Below, in pieces: positions 52,594 to 62,260 of a stretch of DNA of 64,000 bases. The position numbers and the translations under genes are program-made. The notes under the pieces were generated by a model that was given only the letters and a program-made list of their open reading frames with translations, was not told the origin of the DNA and searched no databases. The DNA comes from an uncultured Gemmatimonadaceae bacterium (GTDB lineage: Bacteria; Gemmatimonadota; Gemmatimonadetes; Gemmatimonadales; Gemmatimonadaceae), in contig OY970320.1 of assembly GCA_963716745.1 (NCBI GenBank), positions 1,088,001 to 1,152,000 on the forward strand, given 5' to 3'. How positions within the stretch are numbered: position 1 is the first letter of the stretch; each line of letters starts with the position of its first letter.

Positions 52594-52741
52594 ACCGCAA
52601 AGGGCGCGGTTGGTACCGCAAAGGGCGGGACTGGTACCGCTGAGGGCGGGATTGGCGTTGGATACTGCCGTTCCCAACGCTAATCCCGCCGTTAGCGGTA
52701 CCAGTCCCGCCGTCAGCGGTTCGACGCGCGCCGTTGGTGGT
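52594..52741. repeat. Palindrome built of three 21-nt units per arm
   Basis: accgcaaagggcgcggttggt / accgcaaagggcgggactggt / accgctgagggcgggattggc mirrored by gctaatcccgccgttagcggt / accagtcccgccgtcagcggt / tcgacgcgcgccgttggtggt. Confidence 0.82.
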
Positions 52742-52791
52742 CCACGACGCACGACTCGGTACTCACGGTTTTCGGGGTACGAGTCACGGAG

Positions 52792-53142
52792 TCAGGGTTG
52801 CGACTCACGCCCCTGCAGTTGTCGCGCAAATTCCGCCGCGCTCCAGGCGAGCACTCCGCCGAACACCAGCGTGAGCATAATGAGCCCCGACGCCGGCACT
52901 CCCACCACTCCGCCGAGCCGTCGAGCGAGTTCCCCCAGCGGCGCCGTCGCCGCGGTCCACAGGAGGATCAGCCCCCACCCGATCATCGCCGCAAACGCAG
53001 TTCTCCATGGCGCCCCGGATGGCCCCCGGTTCACGAACGTCCAGATCATCGCGAGCGCCGGAACCGCCCACCATCCGATCACCCACGTCGCGAGCGCGAA
53101 CGCCCCGGCCACGAGTGCCATGCGCAACAGCCCGCGCATCAC
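52792..53142 (-). CDS. Small multi-TM membrane protein
   Basis: Hydrophobic helices; ATGA-type overlap with the acylase stop. Confidence 0.7.
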   Translation of the reverse strand: MMRGLLRMALVAGAFALATWVIGWWAVPALAMIWTFVNRGPSGAPWRTAFAAMIGWGLILLWTAATAPLGELARRLGGVVGVPASGLIMLTLVFGGVLAWSAAEFARQLQGRESQP

Positions 53143-55583
53143 TTCGGCGCCGGAGTCAACGTGAGCGTCGCCATCACCAACCGGTGGTCCAGCTCCAACT
53201 CGCTATGCGGGAATCGCACGCTGTCCAGTTCGCCCTTGCTCCACGTCACCAAATGATCCTGGTACCGCGAGCTCGCCGGATTCCCGCTCTGACCGCCCGG
53301 GTATGTCGCCATCGCGTGCACCGCCGGCCCCATCTCCACCACCATGCGCCAGCTCGCCCCGTGTCGGCCGTCGGTACCCACGGGATTCAAGGTGCTCGGA
53401 CCTCCCTGGCTCGGCACCAGTAGCGCGCTCAACGCCGGGATCTCGAGCATGTGATAGATGTTCGCGTGACGCAGCCGCCCCCAGCGCCAACCGCCTTCGT
53501 CGGGCTCGCCATAATCCTTCACCGCGCGCACGTACGCCGCGGCGAGCGATGCGGCGAGGATGTCATCGCGCGTCTCCACTCTGGGCGTGCGCTTGTCGTC
53601 CCACCAGACGCTCTTCGGCTGCTGCAACAACTCCGCGAGCACGCTCCCGCTCGGCGTGGGCAGGTCGGCGTCACTCGCCGCGCCGGTGCGCAATTCATCC
53701 CACGTGCGGCTGGATACTTCCTCCATCGCGTACTCGAATAGAATGGCGTGCTGGTCGTTCCCGGTGTATGCGCGGTCCCACTCGGCGAGCACTTCGCCGG
53801 CGCGCGCGAGCACCGGGTCGGAATTCACGCGCGCGTGCGCGGCGGCGATGAACGCGGGCACGAACAGCTCGGCGCGCGCGCTGCGCGGATCGGTCTGCCA
53901 CTTCCGCATGTCGTCCATGGTGACGTTCGCATCGGCGCGCATGAGCTCGTTGATGCGGATCGCGCGCCACGGCGGCGGCCAGTCGCTGCCGAGGTAGTGC
54001 GCGTTGTTCGCGGGATCCACCGGCTGCTGATTGTTCGACGAGAGATAACCGCGCGCCGGGTCGATCGACTGCGGATACTTGGCCAGCGGCAGATATCCCG
54101 TCCAGTCGCTCTTGCTCGTGGACCCATCGCGCATGAGATCGCCGCGGCCGTCGCCGGGCCGGATCGGGTACAAGCCCGTGGAGCGTATCCCGATCGAACC
54201 CGCGCGGTCGGCGGCCAGCATGTTCTGCGGCGGCGAGGCGTAGGGCGCCATTGTCGTCATGAATTCCGCGACCGATCGCGCGTGCGCGGCCTGATCGAAG
54301 TACACCGAATTAAGCGAGCTGTCGTTGGCGGTCCATCGCGTGGAGATCCAGCGGCCGAGCGCGCGACGCATGGGGCCGCGGTGCGTCCAGTACGTCGTGT
54401 CGGTCGCGATCGCGGCGCCGTGCTGGTCGCGGTACGTCTCGGTGCGCGTCACGAGCGGGCGCCACTTGCCATCGACCATGTACTTGGTGGGATGCGCGGT
54501 GTCGTCCACCGTTTCGAAGTAGCGGTCCACGAAATCGCCCGAGACGTTCGTGAACGTCCACGCCACGTCGCGATTGAAGCCGATGATGATCGACGGCGCG
54601 CCGGGGATCGTCACGCCATACACGTCGAGCGCGCCGGGCACGACGAGATGCGCTTCGTACCAGATGGACGGCAGCGAGAGCGTGAGATGCGGATCGCCCG
54701 CGAGGATCGCGTGGCCGTCGTGCGTACGCCGCGGCGACACGGCCCAATTGTTCGAGCCGATGACGAGATCCTCGTTCGACGGCTTGAACTCGGCAACGCG
54801 CGCGCGCGCCGGCTCCGGCTTGGCGGGCGGCGGGATCACGTGGAAATCCGTGCGCGGTTCGGGGCGATCCGATACCTGGATCGGCTCCTGAATGGGACTG
54901 TTCACCGGGAAGAGCGCGTCGGCGGCCGCGCGGCCAACACGCTGGCGCACGGCGTAGTTCACGATCTCGTCGTCGTTGTACGAGAGATCGAGGGTCATGT
55001 TGTTGAACAGATGGATGCTGTTGATCGGCTGCCAGGGATCCGGCGCGCGGGACAGCAGCTTGTCTTCGAACGGGTAGTCGCGCGGCGCCAAATGGCTGAT
55101 GTAGGCGTTGACGCCGTCAGCAAAGGCGACAAGGCCGACGGCGGACTGTCGGCTGTCGGCTGTCGCGAGCTTCCACTCGGCGGAGAGCGGGAGCCCCAGG
55201 CCGCGCATGCGGCGGTCGACGGGTAGTGCGAGTCTGCCCACCATCTCCGTGAGCGTGCCGGCGCCGGCGTGCGCGTGGAGTTCCAGCTGGAACAGGCGGT
55301 CGCGGGCGACCACGTAGCCGAGTGCGCGCTGCGCGTCGCGCTCGGTGGCGGCGAAGATGTGCGGCACGGCGCGATCGTCGTACACGACGCGCACTGGAGC
55401 GGTGAGTCCGGGGATCGTGGCGCGCGCATCGCGCGGCAACTCGGCGTTCGCCGCGACGTGCCAGATGCCGTTGGCCGGATCGAGCAGTGGACCGAGCGCG
55501 GGTACGCCGCGCACGCTGAACGCGCCCACCCAGAGGCCGCCGAAGAGGACGGCGGCGGCGAGGAGCGCGCGGAAGATCCTCAG
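53139..55583 (-). CDS. Penicillin acylase (Ntn hydrolase, peptidase S45) family; start uncertain
   Basis: VPHIFA, ARDRLFQ, GSNNWAV (catalytic Ser), DPHL...PSIWYE, PGGQSGNP. An in-frame hydrophobic N-terminus extends to a CTG at 55583; the first canonical start is GTG 55529. Confidence 0.92.
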   Translation of the reverse strand: MRIFRALLAAAVLFGGLWVGAFSVRGVPALGPLLDPANGIWHVAANAELPRDARATIPGLTAPVRVVYDDRAVPHIFAATERDAQRALGYVVARDRLFQLELHAHAGAGTLTEMVGRLALPVDRRMRGLGLPLSAEWKLATADSRQSAVGLVAFADGVNAYISHLAPRDYPFEDKLLSRAPDPWQPINSIHLFNNMTLDLSYNDDEIVNYAVRQRVGRAAADALFPVNSPIQEPIQVSDRPEPRTDFHVIPPPAKPEPARARVAEFKPSNEDLVIGSNNWAVSPRRTHDGHAILAGDPHLTLSLPSIWYEAHLVVPGALDVYGVTIPGAPSIIIGFNRDVAWTFTNVSGDFVDRYFETVDDTAHPTKYMVDGKWRPLVTRTETYRDQHGAAIATDTTYWTHRGPMRRALGRWISTRWTANDSSLNSVYFDQAAHARSVAEFMTTMAPYASPPQNMLAADRAGSIGIRSTGLYPIRPGDGRGDLMRDGSTSKSDWTGYLPLAKYPQSIDPARGYLSSNNQQPVDPANNAHYLGSDWPPPWRAIRINELMRADANVTMDDMRKWQTDPRSARAELFVPAFIAAAHARVNSDPVLARAGEVLAEWDRAYTGNDQHAILFEYAMEEVSSRTWDELRTGAASDADLPTPSGSVLAELLQQPKSVWWDDKRTPRVETRDDILAASLAAAYVRAVKDYGEPDEGGWRWGRLRHANIYHMLEIPALSALLVPSQGGPSTLNPVGTDGRHGASWRMVVEMGPAVHAMATYPGGQSGNPASSRYQDHLVTWSKGELDSVRFPHSELELDHRLVMATLTLTPAPK
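55140..55166. repeat. 7-nt-period repeat inside the acylase CDS
   Basis: ggcggactgtcggctgtcggctgtcgc identical to 57190-57216. Confidence 0.8.
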
Positions 55584-57172
55584 CGGCCCTTGCCGGCGGG
55601 CACTGCGGCGGCCGGCGGAGCGGAGCCCACCGTCGCGGCGAGCTCGATGCCGTCGAGGAACGACACGTCGTGCCCCTTGGCGCGCAGGAGATTCACGAAG
55701 CCCGGCTTGTCATTCGCCTTGAAGTAGGCTTCTTGCGGCTCGACCTGTTCCTGGTCCACGAGATCGATGAGTGCATCGCTGAGCGGCACCATGCCGATCT
55801 TCTTGGACGTCTGCAGCACGCTCTGCAGCTGGAACGTCTTCCCCTCTCGAATGAGGTTGGACACGCCCTGCGTGCTGAGCAGGATCTCGCGCGCGGCCAC
55901 GCGGCCGCCGCCGATCTTCTTGCACAGCGTTTGTGAGATCACGCCCTTGAGACTCTCGGAGAGCATCACGCGGATCTGCTCCTGCGCATCGGCGGGGAAC
56001 TGGTCGATGAGGCGGTCGATCGTTTGAGCGGCGCCGGTGGTGTGAAGCGTCCCGAACACCAAGTGTCCCGTTTCGGCGGTCTCGATCGCGATCGACACTG
56101 TCTCGAGGTCGCGCAGTTCGCCCACGAGCACGATGTCGGGATCCTCACGGAGCGCGGCACGGAGCGCGTGTTTGAACGAGCTCGTGTGCACGCCCACCTG
56201 CCGCTGCGTGATGACGCATTTCTTGTTGTGGTGCACGAACTCGATCGGGTCCTCGATCGTGATCACGTGATCGTTGCGCGTGGCGTTGCAGCGATCGACC
56301 AGCGCGCAGAGCGTGGTGGACTTGCCGCTGCCGGTGGGACCGGTCACGAGCACGAGTCCGCGCGTGAGGTTGCAGAGTTGCTGCACCTCTTCGCTGAGGC
56401 CGAGCTGTTCGACCGTGACGACCTTGGCGGGGATCACGCGGAATACCGCGCCCGCGCCGTGATGGTCGCGCAGCGCGTTGCAGCGGAAGCGCGCGACGCC
56501 GGTGATCTCGTAGGCGAAGTCGCTGTCGTTGATCGCGGCGTATTCGTCGCGATTCCGCTCGGGCATGATCGTGCGCAGCATCACCTCGAGCCGCGCGTTG
56601 TCGAGCGGGCGCTGGTCGGTGAGGCGCTTCATCTCGCCGTCCTTGCGCAGCACCGGCGGCTCGCCCACGCGGAGGTGCAAGTCGCTGCCGCCGTCCACCA
56701 CGAGTCGGCGGAGCAGCGTATCGAGTTCATCGCGGTACGCACTGTCGGCCGGCTCGGAATCGGCGTTCACGCGGATCTCCGCGCGCGCCGGATTCGCCGC
56801 GACCGCCACCGCTTCGGCGGCGGTCGCGGGCGTTGCCTCGCGCGCGGCGGACGGTTCCTCTTCGCCATCGGCGCCGTCGGGGCGGATGCTCGCCGCGAGG
56901 CGGCCGGCCGCGAGGCCATAGCGCGCGGTGAATCCCCACTCGGTGGTCTTGTACTTGAAGGTGATGTCGCGCCCCGCGTCGATGTCGGCGTGGATATCTG
57001 CGGGCGCGATCTCCTTCATGAGTGCCGCGAGCTGCGATCCAGTGATCGGTTGCTTCGTGACCGGCCGCGGACTTCCCGCGAAATCGAATTGCGCGCAGTC
57101 GTCGGCCTGCAACAGCAAGGCCGTCGCGCCGTTAGTCAGCAACGCGGAGAGGAAGCGGTCCAAGTGGGGCAT
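55580..57172 (-). CDS. pilT: Type IV pilus retraction ATPase PilT family with extra N-terminal domain
   Basis: SDLHL, GPTGSGKSTT, TIEDPIE, LREDPDIVLVGELRD, GHLVFGTLHT, NLIREGK. Confidence 0.9.
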   Translation of the reverse strand: MPHLDRFLSALLTNGATALLLQADDCAQFDFAGSPRPVTKQPITGSQLAALMKEIAPADIHADIDAGRDITFKYKTTEWGFTARYGLAAGRLAASIRPDGADGEEEPSAAREATPATAAEAVAVAANPARAEIRVNADSEPADSAYRDELDTLLRRLVVDGGSDLHLRVGEPPVLRKDGEMKRLTDQRPLDNARLEVMLRTIMPERNRDEYAAINDSDFAYEITGVARFRCNALRDHHGAGAVFRVIPAKVVTVEQLGLSEEVQQLCNLTRGLVLVTGPTGSGKSTTLCALVDRCNATRNDHVITIEDPIEFVHHNKKCVITQRQVGVHTSSFKHALRAALREDPDIVLVGELRDLETVSIAIETAETGHLVFGTLHTTGAAQTIDRLIDQFPADAQEQIRVMLSESLKGVISQTLCKKIGGGRVAAREILLSTQGVSNLIREGKTFQLQSVLQTSKKIGMVPLSDALIDLVDQEQVEPQEAYFKANDKPGFVNLLRAKGHDVSFLDGIELAATVGSAPPAAAVPAGKGR

Positions 57173-57189
57173 GACGCTCGGGAAGAAAG

Positions 57190-57313
57190 GGCGGACTGTC
57201 GGCTGTCGGCTGTCGCCTGCAAGACTACTGAAGCGGCCCAGAGTATCACGAAAAGCAGAGCCGCGCGCAACGGTGTCGAAGGGCGTACGCGACAGCCGAC
57301 AGCCGACAGCCCG
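57190..57313. repeat. Inverted pair of 7-nt-period (CTGTCGG) repeats
   Basis: 57190-57216 versus gcgacagccgacagccgacagcccg at 57289-57313. Confidence 0.82.
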
Positions 57314-57322
57314 TATCTGCTC

Positions 57323-58259
57323 TTAGGCGTGCCGGTGCCCTTCCTTCTCGAACATCTCCGTGCGCTCCATTTGAATCGTCAAATGTTCGATCCCGAAGAG
57401 CGCCATCGCGTCGTGGATGTGCTCGAGCACGTGCTGGTGGCGCTCGGGCTGGCGGACGATCGCGTGGGCGCTCATCGCGATCACGCCCGAGGTGACGGTC
57501 CACACGTGCAGGTCATGCACGCTCTCGACGCCGGGGATCGCTTCGAGCTGTTCGCGCACCTTGCCCAGCGAGATGTACGACGGCGTGGACTCGAGCAGCA
57601 CGTCCACCGAATCGCGCACGAGCGCCCACGCGCCGCGCACGATGAGCAGCGTGACGAAGATCGGACGCGATGGTGTCGGCCGGCAGCCAGCCCGTGCGCC
57701 AGATGATGAGCGCCGCCACAATGGTGCCGATGAAGCCGAGCACGTCGCCCAGAATGTGGAGATAGGCGCCGCGCATATTCAGATTGTCGTGGCTCGCGGG
57801 GTGCAGCACTTTGGCCGACGCGAGATTCGCGACGAGGCCGAGCAATCCCACCGCGAACATGAGCGGGCCCGCCACCGGCTCCGGGTGGCGCAGCCGCGCG
57901 ACCGCCTCCCAGATGATGAGCGCACAGATGAGCAGCAACGTCGATCCGTTCGCGAAGGCGGCGAGGATCTCGAGGCGGCGGTAGCCGTACGTGCGGCGCG
58001 GCGTCTCGGGGCGGCGGCTCAGGATCGCGACGAGCAGCGAGAGGCCGAGCGCGGCGACGTCGGTGAGCAGATGCCCCGCGTCGGCGAGCAGCGCCAGCGA
58101 GTTCGCGAGCCACCCGCCCACGAACTCGGCGACGAGCAGCAGCGCCGTGATCGTGAGCGCGATCGTGAGACGCCGCTGCTGGTCCGCGCCGCCATCGCCG
58201 TGGTCGTGCGTGTGTCCGTGAGCGTGGTCGTGCGAGTGGCCGGCGTGGCTATGCCCCAT
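57323..58259 (-). CDS. Cation diffusion facilitator (CzcD/ZitB-like; frameshift ~57662)
   Basis: His-rich N-terminus, SLALLADAGHLLTD, TYGYRRLEILAA, AYLHILGD, VHDLHVW. Confidence 0.9.
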
Positions 58260-59130
58260 GGATCACCTTGGCGATGCGCGCGCATTCGAGGATCGCGAGG
58301 ATCATGCTCTCCGGCTTCGCGCGTCCGGTGCCGGCAATGTCCTTCGCCGTGCCATGATCGGGCGACGTGCGCGGGAACGGAAGGCCGAGCGTGACGTTCA
58401 CGGCGCTGCCGAAGGAGGCGACCTTGATCGCGGTCATGCCTACATCATGGTACGGCGCGATCACGGCGTCGAATTCGCCCTGCATCGCGCGCACGAATAC
58501 CGTGTCCGCCGGGAAGGGTCCGGCGATCCCGGCGGCGCGCGCGGCGGGGGCGAGCAGCGTGTCGTCCTCGCTGCCGAAACTCCCCTTGTCGCCGGCGTGC
58601 GGGTTCAGTGCACAGAGCGCGATGCGCGGCTCGGCGATGCCGTACCAGTCGCGCAATCCAGCTGTCGCGATCTTCGCGGTGGCGGCGATGCGTTCGCCGG
58701 TGAGCATCGTGGGCACGTCGCGCAGGGCGATGTGCGTGGTCGCCAGGATCACGCGCAGCTTCTCGGACGCGAGCATCATCGCGACGGGCACGTGCGTGAG
58801 GCGCGCGAGCATTTCCGTGTGACCGGGATCGGTGTGCCCCGCCTGGTGCAGTTCGTGCTTGTCGATGGGCGCGGTGACGATGCCTTGCACGTAACCCGAT
58901 TGCGCGAGCATCACCGCGCGCTCGATCGCTTTCGCGGCGAGCGCGCCGGCTGAGTCTTCGCCATTCCATTGTCCCACCGATTCATCGACGGCAGTGCCCG
59001 TCCCCTCGGGACCTACGATGATCAGTTCGCACGCCGCCGTCACGCGCGCGTCGGCCATCGCGGCGCGCACGATCTCCGGCCCGATCCCCGCCGGGTCGCC
59101 GAGCGTCACCGCGAGCTTGGGGCGCGTCAC
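58249..59130 (-). CDS. pdxA: 4-hydroxythreonine-4-phosphate dehydrogenase
   Basis: VTLGDPAGIGPE, TAPIDK, PGHTE, LNPHAG, YHDVG, RTSPDHGTA. Confidence 0.95.
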   Translation of the reverse strand: MTRPKLAVTLGDPAGIGPEIVRAAMADARVTAACELIIVGPEGTGTAVDESVGQWNGEDSAGALAAKAIERAVMLAQSGYVQGIVTAPIDKHELHQAGHTDPGHTEMLARLTHVPVAMMLASEKLRVILATTHIALRDVPTMLTGERIAATAKIATAGLRDWYGIAEPRIALCALNPHAGDKGSFGSEDDTLLAPAARAAGIAGPFPADTVFVRAMQGEFDAVIAPYHDVGMTAIKVASFGSAVNVTLGLPFPRTSPDHGTAKDIAGTGRAKPESMILAILECARIAKVIHGA

Positions 59131-59387
59131 GGCGCGCGGTCGTCGCGCACGATGGTGTACAGCGTCTTCGCCTGTGCGCGGCTCACGCTCTTGCCGATGT
59201 CGCCCGTGAGTTGGATCTCGAGCGTGCGATCGGCGTAGTCGATGCGCACGCGGTCCCCGGTGCGCACTTCCGCGGAGGCCTTCGCGCGCGCGCCGTTCAC
59301 CATCACGGCCCCCACATCGCACGCCTCCTTGCCCTCGGTGCGGCTCTTCACGAGCAGGAGCCGCTTCAGCGCGAGGTCCACGCGCAC
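59127..59387 (-). CDS. S4 RNA-binding domain protein (Hsp15/YabO-like)
   Basis: MRVDLALKRLLLVKSRTEGKEACDVGAVMVNG...KASAEVRTGD. Confidence 0.88.
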   Translation of the reverse strand: MRVDLALKRLLLVKSRTEGKEACDVGAVMVNGARAKASAEVRTGDRVRIDYADRTLEIQLTGDIGKSVSRAQAKTLYTIVRDDRAP

Positions 59388-59390
59388 AAC

Positions 59391-60737
59391 CTAGAGGCGC
59401 ACCACCACGAACGTCTGGCGCCGAAGGGTGTCGAGGTAGCGCCGGATGGCCTTCTCCTGCGCGAGCTGGTCGCGGATCCGGTCGCGCCAGTCGGCGACGG
59501 ATGGATCGCGATCGTCATCGATCGTCACGATCTCCACCACGAAGAACTTCGGCACGCCACGCTGCTTGTCCTCCATCGAGAATGGATCGAGGATGTCGCC
59601 CGGCTTGTGCCCCTTGATCGCCGTTTGATATTCGATCGGCAGCTGCGACTGGGGGAAGGGATTCAGGATCGCCTTCTCCTCCGTGGGATCGTGGTACTTC
59701 TTCACGAGCGTGTCGAACTTCGCGCCCGCGCGCCACGCGGCCATCACGCTGTCGGCGCGCCGCCGCGCTCTGGCCACATCCAACGAATCGATCTTGGGAC
59801 GGATCAGGATCTGGCGGCCCTTCACTTCGGACGGCTGCACGCGGTCCACGCGCACGATGTGCCAACCGATCATGGTGCGGAACGGCGGGCTCACGTGCCC
59901 GGGGAGCAGGCCGAAGTACACCTGGTCGAACTCCGGCACGAAATCGCCGCGGCGCCGCCAGCCGAAATCGCCGCCGAGTTCGCGCGTGGCCTGGTCCTCG
60001 GAAACGCGCTTCGCGATCTGCTCGAAGTCGCCGCCCTTCACGATCTGCTGGTAGATGGTGTCGGCGCGGTAGTACGCCACCGAGTCGGCGTGCGGACTCG
60101 GCAGTGGCGTGATGACCACCTGCCGCAGCGTCACCGAGGGAGGCAGGCGCGGGATCGAATCCTTGTGCGCCTGGAAATACGCCGTCACTTCCGCATCGGT
60201 CACGGGCACGGCCGGCAACTTCTTGTCCTCTTTCAGCCGCTCGAAGAGTTTCTGCTCCAGCGCCTGCTTCTTGGCGCCGTCGATCATGAACTTGCGATAC
60301 TCCTCGGGGGAGCCGAAGCCCGCCTTGCGGAGCTCGCTGCGATACTCGGCGTCGCTGGTGAATCGCGCGCGGATCTGCGCGACCTGCTTGTCCACCATCG
60401 GCGAGACGTCGTTCTCGTTGACGGTCACCTTGAGCTCGTTCGCTTTCTGCACGAGCAGTTCCTCATCGATCAACTCGTTGAGGAAGCGGACCATGAGCGC
60501 GCGCTGCCCCGCGGAATCCGTTGGGAGCGACGCACCGGTGGCGCGGTAGCCGACGATCCGCTCCTCGAGATCGGTGCGGAGGATGGCGTCGGCGCCGACG
60601 ATCGCGACCACGCCATCCATCGTGCCGTTAGCCGAGGCGGGTGCCATGTTCTGCGCCGCCGCGGCGCGCGCGAGCCCTGCCGTGCCCGCCAATGCGGCGA
60701 GCAGGGACAGGGCCAGTGCGTTGCGAATCTCCATCAT
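59391..60737 (-). CDS. surA: SurA-like periplasmic chaperone/PPIase
   Basis: DGVVAIVG, LIDEELLVQKA, two parvulin domains (FEQIAKRVSED...GGDFG). Confidence 0.85.
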   Translation of the reverse strand: MMEIRNALALSLLAALAGTAGLARAAAAQNMAPASANGTMDGVVAIVGADAILRTDLEERIVGYRATGASLPTDSAGQRALMVRFLNELIDEELLVQKANELKVTVNENDVSPMVDKQVAQIRARFTSDAEYRSELRKAGFGSPEEYRKFMIDGAKKQALEQKLFERLKEDKKLPAVPVTDAEVTAYFQAHKDSIPRLPPSVTLRQVVITPLPSPHADSVAYYRADTIYQQIVKGGDFEQIAKRVSEDQATRELGGDFGWRRRGDFVPEFDQVYFGLLPGHVSPPFRTMIGWHIVRVDRVQPSEVKGRQILIRPKIDSLDVARARRRADSVMAAWRAGAKFDTLVKKYHDPTEEKAILNPFPQSQLPIEYQTAIKGHKPGDILDPFSMEDKQRGVPKFFVVEIVTIDDDRDPSVADWRDRIRDQLAQEKAIRRYLDTLRRQTFVVVRL

Positions 60738-60774
60738 GCTCTCCAATACCCCCGACGCTGCGTGGCGGTCCGGC

Positions 60775-62229
60775 TCAGGGCTTCGGCTTGGGTGGGGCCG
60801 CGGGCGGCGTCGTGCCCATGGGCACTTCGCTCGGCGGACGCGTGGCCGTCTTCACCGAGTCGGCCGTCTTCTTCATCTTCATGCCCATCTCCACCGCGCG
60901 CTGCAGCCCGGCGGTGCTGAGATTGAAGCCGTACTTCGTGCGCGCCACGCTCTCCACCGGCGGCGCGATCGCCACGAACTGCGCCTGCTGGTTCATGAGG
61001 CGATCCATGAACGAATTCGCCATGCCGGCCGCGACGCGCTCGCGCGCCGCCGCGGTCTTGCCGCTGTCGGCGAGCACCGACGGCGTGATGCCGAGCTGCG
61101 TCCACGAATTGACGACGGCCGCGGTGTAGCGCTCATGGATCGTCGCCATCTCCGCGGAATCGATCACGACTCTCGCGCTGTCGGCCGCCTTGAGCACGAG
61201 CTCATTGCGGAGGATCTGCTTGAGGATGCCCACCACCGACGAATCCGGCATCTGGCGCACCTGATCGGCCATCTGCTCCTTCTGCGGCGCCGCGGACAGC
61301 CACTTCACGAGGCGCGCGACGGTGAAGTCGCCGCCCTTGTACGTCGCGAGCACGGTGTTGTCCTTCGCATGACCATCGAGATCGGTCACGACGGTCTTCA
61401 CCGTGGCCGCGGCGGTGGGCTTGATCACGATGTTCGCCGCCGTTTCCATGCCGGTCATATAGATGCTGTCGGCCTTCTGGATCGCCGGGCCGTTCGCCAT
61501 GCGCTCGTACTCATCCTTCACTTCGGCGTACGTGTTGCGGCGAATGATGTGGAAGCCGAACTGCGTCTCGACCAGGCCGGAGATCTGTCCCGGCTGGAGC
61601 GCTTCCACCGCCTGCTGGAACTGCGGCACCATCGCGCCCTTGTTGAACACGCCCAGCGAGCCGCCCTTCGATGCCGAGCCCGGATCGCCGCTGTACTTCT
61701 GCGCCATCGCCGCAAAGTTCGCCGACGTCACCATGCCCTTCACTTTCTGCGCTTCGCGCCGCACGGAGTCTTTCTGCGCTGGCGTGGCGGTGGGCTGCAC
61801 GATGAACAGGATGTGCTGCGCCGCGAGCACGTCGCCCTTCGCGTAAGCCGCGGGGCCGGACGAGGCGGGAATGTTGTACGTCTTCACGATCTGCTCGTGG
61901 TACTTGCCCACGCGCTGCTGCGCGAGGAATGCCCAGAGCGCGTCGTCCACGAGCTTCGGATCGTTGAGCGTGTCGTTCTTCGCCGCGGCCACGCCGAGCA
62001 GCTGGTAGTCCACCCAGATGTTCGCGATCGCCTTGGCGATGTCGGCGGTGAGGGGCACCTGGACGCCCGCCAGCAGCTTGCTCAGCTGATCGACGGTGAG
62101 CTCCTGCGAGCCGGCCTTGGCGGCAACGTTGACGTGCGCGGTGAGCGCTTCCTTGAGACCCTGGCAGGCGGCGACGCCGAACGAAAGGGCGAGGGCGGCG
62201 GCAAGAGCGAGAACGGTGCGACGCTTCAT
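60775..62229 (-). CDS. PpiC-type peptidylprolyl isomerase lipoprotein
   Basis: VAAC lipobox; QHILF, FAAMAQKYSGDPGSASKGGSLG, VETQFGFHII. Confidence 0.88.
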   Translation of the reverse strand: MKRRTVLALAAALALSFGVAACQGLKEALTAHVNVAAKAGSQELTVDQLSKLLAGVQVPLTADIAKAIANIWVDYQLLGVAAAKNDTLNDPKLVDDALWAFLAQQRVGKYHEQIVKTYNIPASSGPAAYAKGDVLAAQHILFIVQPTATPAQKDSVRREAQKVKGMVTSANFAAMAQKYSGDPGSASKGGSLGVFNKGAMVPQFQQAVEALQPGQISGLVETQFGFHIIRRNTYAEVKDEYERMANGPAIQKADSIYMTGMETAANIVIKPTAAATVKTVVTDLDGHAKDNTVLATYKGGDFTVARLVKWLSAAPQKEQMADQVRQMPDSSVVGILKQILRNELVLKAADSARVVIDSAEMATIHERYTAAVVNSWTQLGITPSVLADSGKTAAARERVAAGMANSFMDRLMNQQAQFVAIAPPVESVARTKYGFNLSTAGLQRAVEMGMKMKKTADSVKTATRPPSEVPMGTTPPAAPPKPKP

Positions 62230-62260
62230 GTGGGCGTGTGGGGTAGGCGTGATTGTGGGA

